The position numbers and the translations under genes are program-made. Below are positions 11,663 through 23,093 of a stretch of 64,000 bases of DNA, in pieces (positions within the stretch are counted from its first letter, which is position 1; every line of letters starts with the position of its first letter). Below the pieces are notes generated by a model that did not search any database, was not told the origin of the DNA, and saw only the letters and a program-made list of their open reading frames with translations. This DNA comes from Octopus sinensis (Eukaryota), in contig NC_043011.1 of assembly GCF_006345805.1 (NCBI RefSeq), positions 9,610,001 to 9,674,000 on the forward strand, written 5' to 3'.

Positions 11663-12724
11663 GTGAGCTATGGACTTGCTTTCATCTGGTCAGTCTGTCT
11701 TGGTCCAGATACTGACTGTATAACAAGGACAGCCAATTGTTGAGTATACACTTGGTGAAGGAGACGGTTGAAGATTTACACTGTTTCTACTATAAGTTTT
11801 TCTCCATAGTTTTTAACCAGGGAACATTGAATGAGTTTATGGCCGTGTGTTGCAGGGGAATTTGAAGACGTTTGCTGGATCAAAACATAATTCTGGGTTG
11901 TTTAATTCCACTGCATACAGAGATTAGATTTACCAACGTCTTGTAATGAAAATCTGGTGGACAAAATATGTGAGTTTGTGTGTGTGTGTTTGGAGCAGTG
12001 TGAAATGGTGCAGTGTTGGGGGTGGTTGATGGGGGGGGTTGTCCTGATGTTTCCAGTGCTATCATAGTGTTTCCTCTGTTGGGTTAAAGTATGTCCAGTG
12101 TCTACTATGGTCAATCTTTTATATCTGACCAATCGGTGATATTGTGTGTGTGTGTGGTGAATGAATTAGTTTATTATGATGATGTTATTGAGTGCTGATT
12201 GTGTCAGGTTCTGCATTTTGTGTTGAGAAGGAACGGGGCCTGCGTTCTGGAATTGAAAGTGTTTTGTGCTAAGATGTGGCTCTGTACACCAAAAGTAGGA
12301 ATAGCTTTGGGGACAGAGTGCCACCCTAGCAGACATCCTTTGGCTTGTACTGTTTGTATTTGTATATATGTGTGTGTGTTGGAATTACAAGGTGGCTGAA
12401 GGGCTCAGTTTCGTGTGTGTGTGTATGCGTGTGTGTGTATGCGTGTGTGTGTGTATGCGTGTGTGTGTATTATAGTGTTATATACATGTGTGCTTTTGTA
12501 TGCATGCATATGTATAAGTATGTACATAGATGAGTATGTGTATGCATGTGTGTGTGTGTGTGTGTGTGTACTCATGCATGTATACGTTATACATGTGTGA
12601 GTAGATGTCTGTGTAAGTATGTCTGTAATTAGGCAGAACAAATTATAAATTCCAATCTATTCAAGAAATTGTAATTCAATTCCAATCAGTGAAAACAATA
12701 AATTAAAATCTTTAATGAAGTTAC

Positions 12725-12761
<37 letters not shown>

Positions 12762-13098
12762 GTGGTGCTTGTTGGTGTGGCGGTGGTGATGGGGGGATGG
12801 GGGTGGAGAGATGATAATGATGGTTATTTCAACATAATAGTAGTAGTGTTGTGTGCAGGGGAAGGGGATTGAGGTAGTGTAGTGATAATGATGTTACTTG
12901 TTAATTAATGCTTATTAATTAATTAAGGTGGTGGTGTGAACCCTAGTGTACATGTGTGGGGAGAATGCAGAGTGATGATAGTGTAGATTGGTAATTAAGA
13001 CTGTGTAGGTTAATTGTGTTGTGGGGAGGGTATGGGGCAGGTAAATGCATGGGTGGTGGTGGTGAGGGGAGGTGTTGTGGGCACTTGCATGCGTAATG

Positions 13099-13147
<49 letters not shown>

Positions 13148-13279
13148 TGAGGGTAAAGTTAGAACAATTTAAATACAATGAAAATGAGGTTAAGTAATGA
13201 GAGAGAGAGACAGACAGACAGACACAGAGTGAGAGAGAGATAAAAACAAAGAAAAAGATAGAAGCAGATAGAGATGAAG

Positions 13280-13313
<34 letters not shown>

Positions 13314-14327
13314 TAATGGCCATTTGTTAACCACTGACTTTGAGTCTGTCTATAAGCTTCCCTTAAACTGGGGTCTAGCTTTCATTGGAAATTTCCCTAT
13401 ACCATGTTATTGTCATAATTCTTTCTTCTCTACCTGATGGTCATGTCTGGTGTTACTTCTTACCAGACACACCCTGCGTAGTGATATCACTCTTCCCAGC
13501 TTCATCTCCTCTCGATAAACCCTACGAACGTTGAATGAAGACCGAAGAAACAAAAAATTAAGCAAATCTTCAGTAGTTTCAACTTCACAATGGTTGGACT
13601 TCGATCAAAGCCATTACACACTTCCTTTCATCTGACCCCCTCCCTCCACCAACATCATTACAAAAACTACTTATGTCACACACACACACACACACGCATA
13701 CACGTGCATACACGCGCACCAAAGACTGCATCCCAGCTCCAACACTACATGAAGAGAGCCATGAAAAATACTTCAGCTGTGACCACTCTGTGTAGACCTC
13801 AACAGCCACCACACCCCCACCCACTACTGTTCCTAGGCCTGGGATTGTGTTGCTGTTGTTGTTGCTGCTCTACACAAACATTCTTGACCAACACCACCTG
13901 GCACAAGGCCAAAGACTCAACACCACCACCACCACCACATCACCACACAACCCACCACCACATCACCACCACCACCACATCACCACCACCACCACAATCA
14001 GCCATTACATTATGTCAGCCACACAACTGCTACTCTACTCGCTAAGTCAACTACATTTTGATATCCCCTACATCTATGTAAGCATATACATCTATATCCA
14101 TTTATTCTTTTATACGTTTGAGCCCTAAGGTTGTGGCCAGGCTGGGGCACCACCTGTGTGTGTGCATATATATGCATATATATATGGAGAATTGAGTGAG
14201 TGGAGCAAGAACACACATGGAAACGAAAAGTGTCGCTGAAGAGGCCGCAGATATGTGACAAAAGATTTCCGGACAATGGACAGGTGTTACAATAATAAAA
14301 TAACGTTAATAAATGAGTGAAGAGAAA

Positions 14328-14657
14328 AAGGCAACAGCAATGTCCTCTCAACGATTCCCCAGAGAGGATTTCTAAAATGAGAATATCGGAAATAAACTAG
14401 AATGCTCTCACAAATGAGAATATTGAAAATGGACTCTACTGTTCTCAAGAATTAAGTAAAAAGACAGGAAAAATAATCCAGCATCTTTGTCCGGTACTGG
14501 ATCAGTCCCCAAATCTCATCAGTCTGTATTAGTCATCAGAACAAACATCCCTGGAAGTTTCATCCGAATCCATCCAGCGGCTCTTGAGATATCTTATCCA
14601 TGGTCAAACAAACAAACACAACTGATAAACAATACCTCTGCCTAAGACGGAGGTAAT
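14328..14657. mobile_element. Helentron-associated (HINE/DINE-like) non-autonomous element, copy 1
   Basis: Aligns with 59121-59478; terminal acctctgcc..ggaggt hairpin; aagtttcatccgaatccatcc core. Confidence 0.7.
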
Positions 14658-14759
14658 GAAATGACCATCCTGAAGTACGACAATAAATGTTTCAACACAT
14701 GGTTTCACATCAGGAATCTTGCAATATGGATTAATAAACACAACATATATATATATATA

Positions 14760-14950
14760 TATAATATATCCCTCCCCTTCCCTCTTCCTCTTCCCCCCTC
14801 TCTCCCTCTTCCCCTTCCCTCTGCTCCCTCACTCCCCTTCTCTCTCCCCCTCTCCCTCTTTCTCCCCTCCCCTCCTCCTCCCTTTCCTTCTCCCCCTCCT
14901 CTCTCTCCCTCTCCCCTCTCTCCCCCTCCCCCTCTTCTCCTCTCTCCCCA
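14760..14950. repeat. C/T-rich low-complexity tract
   Basis: Direct reading. Confidence 0.9.
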
Positions 14951-14994
14951 CTACACCACACGACTTTACACATCACATCATATATGATGTGCCA

Positions 14995-15200
14995 TACTAA
15001 TACATACACCAACCCTATACATACACACGTCCAGACCTCTCATACGCACTAATACTCTCTCATACACACACACACACACCACACACACCCCTTATACATA
15101 CTAATACATACTATACATACACCAACCCTATACATACACACGTCAGACCTTCATACGCACTAATACTCTCTCATACACACACACACACACACCCTTATGT
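14995..15200 (+). repeat. Tandem duplication of a ~100-115-bp CA-rich unit
   Basis: atacatacaccaaccctatacatacacacgtc..atacgcactaatactctctcatacac occurs twice. Confidence 0.85.
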
Positions 15201-15510
15201 TGGAAGCTGGTCACTCAACCCTATTATCAACCTATATCTCCCCTAATTTCGCTCTCGCGTCTCATGTTTGATCTTTGACTTCTGGCCGAAATCAGATCGC
15301 CATGTTAGTTCGTTAGTTACTGCACGCATTTTTTTTCTCTCCTTCTTTCTGTGTTTTTTTCTCTCTGTGTATCTTTCTGTTGAAGAGCGTAGGCTCAAAA
15401 CGTTAAAGACTTGTTTTATTTATATTTCCTGAGCGCCATACTAATACAATTGTTTGTTTGTTTTCCACCTGCCTTCGTCTTTTGTCTATTTTCATGAAGC
15501 TTCCCGTTAT
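15198..15510 (+). mobile_element. Short repeat carrying a hammerhead-like motif, probably a Penelope-like terminal repeat or retrozyme-like element
   Basis: CpG-richer unique block between CA and TA microsatellites, containing the motif at 15372-15409. Confidence 0.5.
15372..15409 (+). ncRNA. Degenerate minimal type I hammerhead ribozyme
   Basis: Stem I TCTTT/AAAGA; core CTGTTGA(A); stem II GAGC-GTAG-GCTC; AAAAC in place of GAAAC; GTT triplet. Confidence 0.55.
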
Positions 15511-15523
15511 ATATACATATATA

Positions 15524-15836
15524 TCATCATCATCGTCGTTTAATGTCCGCTTTCCATGCTGTCTTGGGTTGGACGATTTGACTGAAGACTGGTGAACCAG
15601 GTGGCTGCACCAGACTCCAGTCTGATCTGGCAGAGTTTCTATAGTTGGATGCCCTTCCTAACACCAACCAGTCTGAGGGTGTAGTGGGTGCTTTTACATG
15701 CCACCGGCATGAGGACCAGTCAGGTGGTACTGGCAACAGCACACTCATATGGTGCTTTTTATGTGCCACCTGCACAGGAGCCAGTCCAGCGGCACTGGCA
15801 ACGACCTTGCTCAAATATTTTTTCATATGCCACTGG
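15524..15836 (-). mobile_element. RTE-type 3' UTR (family C) with (GAT)n tail
   Basis: Nearly the same sequence as 29542-29830. Confidence 0.85.
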
Positions 15837-16095
15837 AGATATGCTGTAACTGCGAAAACCTGACAAATAAAGTGAGTTCATGGCTTGCAGGACGGCCTAC
15901 TGTGCTCACCTTGGATCGTAGGGTGGCCTGCTGTGCTTGAGGAGACCTATTGAGTCAAGTACATCAACATCAAAATAAAAATTAAATGGATATTGTAGTT
16001 GTGATACCCGTGCCGGTGGCACGTTGGGCCTCACAGTCAGGATGACGAAAGACTGAGACCTCTGAGATATGCTGTGACGGTGAAGACCCGACAAA
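15833..16095 (+). mobile_element. RTE-type 3' region fragment in opposite orientation, bounded by a ~35-bp direct repeat
   Basis: gagatatgctgt..gaaaacctgacaaat at 15836 and gagatatgctgt..gaagacccgacaaat at 16062; tgggcctcac..gagacc is RTE-like. Confidence 0.6.
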
Positions 16096-16331
16096 TATAT
16101 ACATAATATATACATATACTTATTTATATATATATATATAATATATATATATATATTATATATATATATTATATATGTATATTTCGGAATGGTCATATTG
16201 CACAACAAATATTTAAACGTATATATATATATGTATATGTATATGTATATATATATGTATATGTATATATATATGTATATGTATGTATATATATATATGT
16301 ATATGTATGTATATATATATATATGTATATG

Positions 16332-16367
<36 letters not shown>
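16096..16367. repeat. (TA)n/(TATG)n tracts
   Basis: Direct reading, with one short interruption at 16180-16215. Confidence 0.9.
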
Positions 16368-16368
<1 letters not shown>

Positions 16369-17131
16369 GGTTAAGTAATTGAGATTCTAGTGAATTCTAA
16401 AGAATTCACATGAATATGGTCCTTAACTAGGATGTACCGGAAATCTATATGGTGTTAACCATACGACAAGTGGGGTGATTACAAATAGGAAAAAAGCAAC
16501 AAGAATGGATTAAAATCTCGGTACGATCGTTTCGTACGAGGACATCTTTAATAAGCTACAAAAAATGCAGTGAATACAGATGGCTCGTACTCGTCAGCCG
16601 AAAAAACATCAGAGAATTCCCAAACATCAAAAGGGGTAGATACAAAAGAGGTTGTAAGATTAGCTGCAATGAAGAAAGTTCGATTCATGGAGATCCGATG
16701 AAAGGTTTTAAACCTATAGAATTTATGCATGTCTACATATAGCTCATATTGAATATTTGATCAAGTTGTGTGAAGAAATTTTCGGATACAGTCATGTAAA
16801 ATTTCTGAAAATCCGAGTAAGAGGCAAAGTGACTGCCATATCATGTAGAGGAAAGTCTGAGTAAAAGCAAAGTGACTGTCATATCGTGTAGAGGAACAGA
16901 TTGTTATTGAAATTTACAAGAATCGCAGATAAGTTCGATTTTTTGGAGATCCGATGAAAAAGTCTTGAACTTACAAAATATGTGTATGTCCTTATAGTTC
17001 ATAATCCAGTTTTGTGAAGAGATTTAGGGTACAATCATGCGAAAAATATCAGGGAATCCGAATGAGAAGCAAAATGACAGTTTTATATTGTAGCGGTTCA
17101 GGTTGTTGGACATACACATATCATCGGATCT

Positions 17132-17135
<4 letters not shown>
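16368..17135. mobile_element. Unclassified TA-flanked element with internal ~255-bp and ~45-bp tandem duplications and several hairpins (possibly Helitron-derived)
   Basis: aagttcgat..tggagatccgatga at ~16676 and ~16931; inverted copy tcatcggatctccat at 17121-17135. Confidence 0.5.
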
Positions 17136-17182
<47 letters not shown>

Positions 17183-17184
17183 TA

Positions 17185-17375
17185 CTTTATTTAAAGCAGC
17201 AGAAAATTCAACAAAACCTGTTACTCTGAGTTTCCCGTTGGCAATGAACGGCAACGGGAAACTCAGAGTAACAGGTTTTGTTGAATTTTCTGCTGCTTTA
17301 AATAAAGCATATTACTCTACCACTGGTATTGAGTACTCTTTTTTTCACCTGTTTCACATTTATGTGTTTACTCCG
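17185..17375 (+). mobile_element. Penelope-type short repeat with an inverted 5' duplication (56-bp perfect palindrome) and a hammerhead remnant
   Basis: Arms 17185-17240 and 17252-17307 are exact reverse complements; (TA)n on both sides. Confidence 0.65.
17244..17274 (+). ncRNA. 5'-truncated hammerhead ribozyme remnant
   Basis: ATGA-ACG-GCAA-CGG-GAAA-CTC-A-GAG-TA-ACAG: GNRA-capped stem II, palindromic stem III, GTA triplet; CTG of the core and the stem I 5' strand are lost. Confidence 0.5.
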
Positions 17376-17376
17376 G

Positions 17377-17422
<46 letters not shown>

Positions 17423-17425
<3 letters not shown>

Positions 17426-18040
17426 TGCAAACAACTTGCACATGCAAGTGCTACCAGTTAAAAGCTCCGTATATCGGAAGCTAGCAAGTGTATGGGGTCA
17501 TCAGGAGAGAATGCGCGCCGTTTCGGGGCCTACCTCTCGACGGCATCAATGCGCACCGGCCCCCTCACTGATATGAGGCCCCGCTTGCTAGATCAGCTGG
17601 TTATGAAGAACTCAATATACTTCTAGCCATCGCTCATCGTCTCTTTTTAACCAAATCCAGTGGCTAGCCTTCTCCACTGTAGATTGGATATCAGTCATGG
17701 TGGTATTGACTTTACGATGAGTTAGGCCTAACGATAACAACAGTCGTCTCACGCTGTGTCCTACAAACCTTCTACATCTGACTTCGATAGGAAAATGTTC
17801 CGCTCTCCAGCCTGCGTCTTCACATTCCTCGAGGAGGTTTTCACAACGGTTTAATTTTTGAGCTCGAGCGGCGTCCATATTATCTTCATGAGGAACCGTT
17901 AGCTCGACTATATTTACAACTTTCTTTTTTTCACACCACATCAAAATATCTGGTTTTTTCGAAACTGGGATGAGAAAGAAAACCTGGCACTCAGGTAAAT
18001 CTGCAGTTACCTCCCAATAGCCGTTCCACTTTTCATTTTT
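17423..18040 (-). mobile_element. HERO-like RLE non-LTR retrotransposon 3' fragment (RLE domain plus 3' UTR), 5'-truncated, within (TA)n
   Basis: [26 protein letters not shown]...PIEVRCRRF...ASHWIWLKR matches the PD..ELTVPxE RLE pattern typical of the HERO clade; open frame 17612-18040. Confidence 0.8.
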
Positions 18041-18156
18041 CATATATATATGTATATATATATATGTATGTATATATAAGTATGTATATATATATATATA
18101 TATATGTATGTATATAATATACATATATATACATATATATATACATATATATATAC

Positions 18157-18254
<98 letters not shown>

Positions 18255-18281
18255 GTATATATATGTGTGTGTGTGTGTGTA

Positions 18282-18313
<32 letters not shown>

Positions 18314-18332
18314 CATATATACATACATATAT

Positions 18333-18380
<48 letters not shown>

Positions 18381-18410
18381 TATATGTATGTATATATGTA
18401 TATACACACA
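18041..18410. repeat. Long (TA)/(TACA) microsatellite
   Basis: Direct reading. Confidence 0.95.
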
Positions 18411-18500
18411 TGCGTACACATTGCCTTCTATATCAGTAAATAAAGTGCATAAATATATCAATTACCTCAGTGTATGTCTATCTCTCTGTTTGTTTAGATA

Positions 18501-18539
<39 letters not shown>

Positions 18540-18836
18540 ATAGACAGATAGAAAGAGGGGGGTAGGCAGAGGGAGACGTTTTAGCAATGACTCCGTAATG
18601 GTTATTGGACAGTTTAGTGTGTCACAGTCTTAAGTAGTTCCATCCACAGCGAGTATCCTCAGAGTCTGGAATTCCTGTTAAATGAGAATGGCATACATGT
18701 GAGGGGTGTGTGTGTGTGTGTGTTGGAGGGAGTCTACTTTTATTTATATTTTTAATCACTTCTCTCCCATTGTACTTAAATTTTTCTGATCAAACGGTGA
18801 AACCAGTTCCTTCAAATACAGAAATATATATATATC

Positions 18837-18840
<4 letters not shown>

Positions 18841-18895
<55 letters not shown>

Positions 18896-18897
18896 GC

Positions 18898-18928
<31 letters not shown>

Positions 18929-18965
18929 CGAGAGAGAGAGAGAGGAGAGCGAGAGAGAGAGAGAG
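18841..18965. repeat. (GA)n microsatellite
   Basis: Direct reading. Confidence 0.95.
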
Positions 18966-19452
18966 AAATAGCAATCAAGAGAGAGAAATAGCAATCAAAA
19001 TAATCCACCAAAATTGAATGAATTTTAAATATTAATTGAAAGTTGTCAGGGAAAAACCTCAATCATTGCTTAAAAAAAAAAGTAAAAACCGATAATCTTG
19101 CCGAAATTATTCAATGTATGATTGATGGATTGTCTGTTTCTTTTGATTGGAAAATACATGTTCGATTAAAAAGCTGAAAATAATGAAAGGCTGGAACAAT
19201 AAATGGTTATTGAAGAAACTGTTGAAAGCCATGAATTAGTGGAATGGCTTATTTTTAACTCTAGCAACTGTATTTAGTGGAATATATCAGTTTGGTTTCT
19301 AGGGAAATGGTTCTTCAGAATATCTAGCTACTCTTCAACAATGCAACATCTCTGTGGAATATGAAAATAGTTTTAAATACGTCATATTCCTTGAAAGAAT
19401 TTGGATTTGGATGAGTAGAAAAGCCAAGCTTGTAGTTTTGTAAAACTTCTAA

Positions 19453-19847
19453 TCTCTATCTATATAAAACTGAAGTTGTCTGTGTCTGGCAGGTTTGGTA
19501 GCCTTCATCTAACACTATCTCCTCCGAGACCCTGTGGCGCAAGTTGACCAAAATTGAAAGTATGATAGAAAAAGGCTTGCTCTTCCTTCCGTAGTAGAAA
19601 AAATTCAAATCGGACCATGTTAATACCAAAAGTTATTTACATGAAAAAGGTGCTTTTTTTCTATGAAAATTCCTATTTTTTACGACTTTTTGACTGCTGT
19701 GTCGCCATTTTTCGGTGTATTTCAACTAGAAAAATGTTCACTTAAAGAGAATAACAAGATACATAATGCGAAATTTTTACTTTTCAAAAATTCCAATTCT
19801 AAAGGGTCGAAAAGAAAACAAGCCCGAGCAACACTGGGCTATACTTG
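19453..19847 (+). mobile_element. Non-autonomous Helitron-like element
   Basis: A/TC start followed by tctatataaaac; 3' GC hairpin gcccgagcaacactgggc at 19822-19839; CTTG/T end (CTRR-like). Confidence 0.65.
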
Positions 19848-19852
19848 TTTAA

Positions 19853-20061
19853 TCATCATCATCATTTAACATCAATTTTCCATGCTGGCCTGGGTTGGAT
19901 GGTCTGATAGGAGCCGACTAGGCAGAGAGCGGCACCAAGCACCAGTTGCCTGATTTCTATGGCTGGATGTCCTTCCTAATGTCAACCACTTCACTAAGTG
20001 TACTGGGTGTTGTTTTGTGTGGTGCTAGCATGGGTGCTTCTAATGTGGTGGCATCGGCTAC
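19853..20061 (-). mobile_element. RTE-type 3' UTR (family C)
   Basis: catcatcatttaacatc..ccatgctggc..ggctggatgtccttcctaatg. Confidence 0.8.
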
Positions 20062-20559
20062 ATATACACACTATTATACTTGAAAATACTTGCTAAAATA
20101 AACCTCGAAGTACTCAACATGGGTGTCAACAACAAAGTGTTTCTAGTTTTCTGATTGAGAATTCTTGGACAATTGTATCGAAAGGCCAAACTCATAATTT
20201 GAAGTTATCTTAAATTACATGCATCATCATTATCATCAGTTTATATCCACTACTTGGTTGAACAGGTTTTGGTTGGAGTTAGCTCTTATTTGAAGTTACT
20301 GCCCTCCAAGAAGGGTTGAAGACTGCAGCTCACCATTTTCCACATGGTTCCTACAGCTGGAGACCCCACCCTGTTACTGAACTCTTAACAATGTATTTGA
20401 CATATGTCACCATTAGAGAGGTAACTTTGTCCACTTGAAGAGCAAAAAAAATTGTTCCCTATCGTATGTTGTCTCCATTTCTTGAAGACAAATGCGATGC
20501 AGAGTGCGAATAGAAGACAGCGATGAGAGATAAGTAAAGGAAAGTGCACGAGGATGGAG

Positions 20560-20850
20560 GTGATGGAGGGAATCAGTTGGGAGGAGGGTAAAAGTGGAGA
20601 GTAATGGAAGAGAGACAATGATAGACAGTTACATGTTAATTGTTAAGGAGGATAAATTGCATGATGGGATAGCAGAAGAAAGATGCACGATAGTCAGAGT
20701 GGCAGAGGTCAATAAAGTGGCTCTTAAGATAAAGAAAATGATGGTTTTAGAGAAGGGTGACAGAACAGGATTTAGACTGATCTGACAGATGAGAAGGAGA
20801 GAGAAATTTATCTGGAATATAATAAGGGAGACCCACTCAACCATCATCAC
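20560..20850 (-). mobile_element. Highly degraded retroelement-like remnant (possibly Penelope-like)
   Basis: Pyrimidine-rich minus strand, broken frame QSKSCSVTLL*NHHFLYLKSHFIDLC; class not established. Confidence 0.25.
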
Positions 20851-23062
20851 GATTCTTATTGTAAAGACTGTTTTACCATATTTGCACCAGTGGACAGGTC
20901 TTCTCCAATTCTGTGTGTGACCAAATATCAGGGCTCTTAGTCAAGTTCAGTCTTTTGAGATCAATCAGCACGACTTCATGACTAGTCTTACAACATCTCC
21001 TTCTTCCACAACTCTCTGCCACATCAAGCGCTCAACATTTCTTTATAATTTGACTGACCTCGTCCACACACACATTTCCTCCCCCTCTCTCTGTCTTTCT
21101 TTCTCTTCCTCTCCCTCACACACATGCAGGCGTGCTTTTATTGATTCCAGCCTTATATATATATATATTTGTATGTATAGACCGTTATGTGTATGATGTT
21201 CATGGCTAAACATATGTTTTTTTATTAGTTTCAGCCCCACCCTACCACACACATATATATATATTTGTAGATAAATACACACATATATTAATGCTATATT
21301 AAAACAAAATTTTATCTAAATACAAAACAAATTTATAAATAAATCATTTTTATTTCTTTCTACATTATTCAATACAATTTTAAAATTATCAGTTTTTCCC
21401 CCATTTTTCACTTATAAACACTAGGCTTTTTTTGTTTTCTTTAAAATTTCTATCATTTATTTCCTTTAAAAAAAATTTGTGTTTTTTCTAATTATTTACT
21501 TTGTGTTTAATTGGTGAAAATCTTTCTTTCCTCAGTGAATATGATAATTATTGATCACCAGATTTGTTAATATTCTTCCCCTCCAAACCCCTGCACTACC
21601 TCCTGAATTTCTTACTTTAAGCTATGCACCTGTCATCACTTGTGCTGACAAATACCATTTATCAATAGTGCATGCATGCATGTGTGTGTGTGTGAGTGAG
21701 CATGTGCATGCATGCATGCGTGTGTGTGTGTGTGTAGAATACACCAAATGCAAACAGTTTCTTCTGGTATTGTTGTTGTTTTTATGGTTGATACTTTATT
21801 TCGAGCAGAAAGATTTTTTTAAATGTATTTTTTATAATTTAAGGAACTGATTCAGTTTTTAAATATGACAGGAACAAAATTGTGATTCAATGATGTTCAT
21901 GCATTTTAAGACTACTGAAAAAATGGTGGTGACAACTGACTATATATGGGGGTCAGACCAGCAGTCCACCTCAGTTCCATTGCTCACATGTGTGGGTTCC
22001 TTGGGTAAAAAGAAATTTTTTAAAATCTCTCAATTTTATCAAATAAGGGCAACTAAGATTATGTCACATCAGTGACCCTTGTCACAGACAGAAACTGATG
22101 TCAATAGAGTTCTTTATTCCAATATTGGCAATGAACTCTGTTCTGTAAATTCTCAGAAGAATATATAAATCTATGTGTATGAAATTTGCTCAATATGTAA
22201 AAGGTGGTGGGAAACTGGGATTAGTCATTCTAAAAGGAATTAAATTATATTTTCTGATATATGTATAATTGATACTTAGCAACCCTGTAGAATAGGGGCT
22301 TTTGCTAATGGTTCCTTCCAGATGACAAGAGAGAACAACTCGTGATGAAAGCTATGATATCCTGGAGGAGATAAATCTTTTGATCCAGAATGGTTTATTA
22401 AAGAAACTGGAAACTATTTGAGAGAGAGAGAGAGAGAGAGAGGGGGGGGCAGGCTGAAGGGTTCTCAGTTGGGTGTATTTGATTTGTTGGAAAAATCAAA
22501 TTCTGTTTTAGTTTTTGAAGACAGATACACTGAATAACGGAGTTGTAGCTACACTGTGTTGAAACAAAAAATGGTATGGTCATAGTTGGAACCACTTTGA
22601 TCGCAGACTAACTGGATCAGAGCAGACATAGAGTTATACTATAACACCTAAAATACTTCTATATGGTTGCTTGACTTGCCAGAATTAATGGCTAAATCAC
22701 CAGATTTGCAGTGAAACAACAACAAACATTAAATACAAGCTGTGATCTTCCTGTTTTGTGAGAAAGTTCATGTTTCAGTGTTCTTGCCAGAGGATGCAGA
22801 TTATTGACAGACCCAGTCGTCTTACAAGTGCTGTCACAAACTGTCAACATAGACTTTTGACACAGTTTATTAATACAGAAGGTCAATATAAATCATCGAT
22901 TAAACCAAATTATCTGCAACAAGGATAAGTTCACCTTAAAATATTTGATAGCCTCACATGTCTTTTTGAATAGAAATAACCACTTTATTACGAATAAGAA
23001 TGAAAAACTGGTTACAGGTGAATTAGATAATTTTGCAATGAGAGAGAAGGATAGGGAGAGAG

Positions 23063-23093
<31 letters not shown>

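Noticed and set aside
13380-13560. Possible hammerhead remnant ttgaatgaagaccgaagaaac
   Set aside because: Core and stems are too degenerate to fold; no stem I or III partner found
17481-17545. HERO 3' UTR as a functional hammerhead
   Set aside because: The GTC, GAAAC and CTGATGA segments are in an order that cannot fold in cis, and stem II does not pair; kept only as a structured UTR
22321-22420. Exon after a strong ttccttccag acceptor (death-domain-like or iGluR-S2-like peptides)
   Set aside because: All three frames hit stops near the acceptor or before any good donor; the similarities are too short
22745-22930. DH-domain-like HRLLTQFINTEGQY peptide
   Set aside because: Only a TExxY-like match, weak donor, no supporting downstream exons
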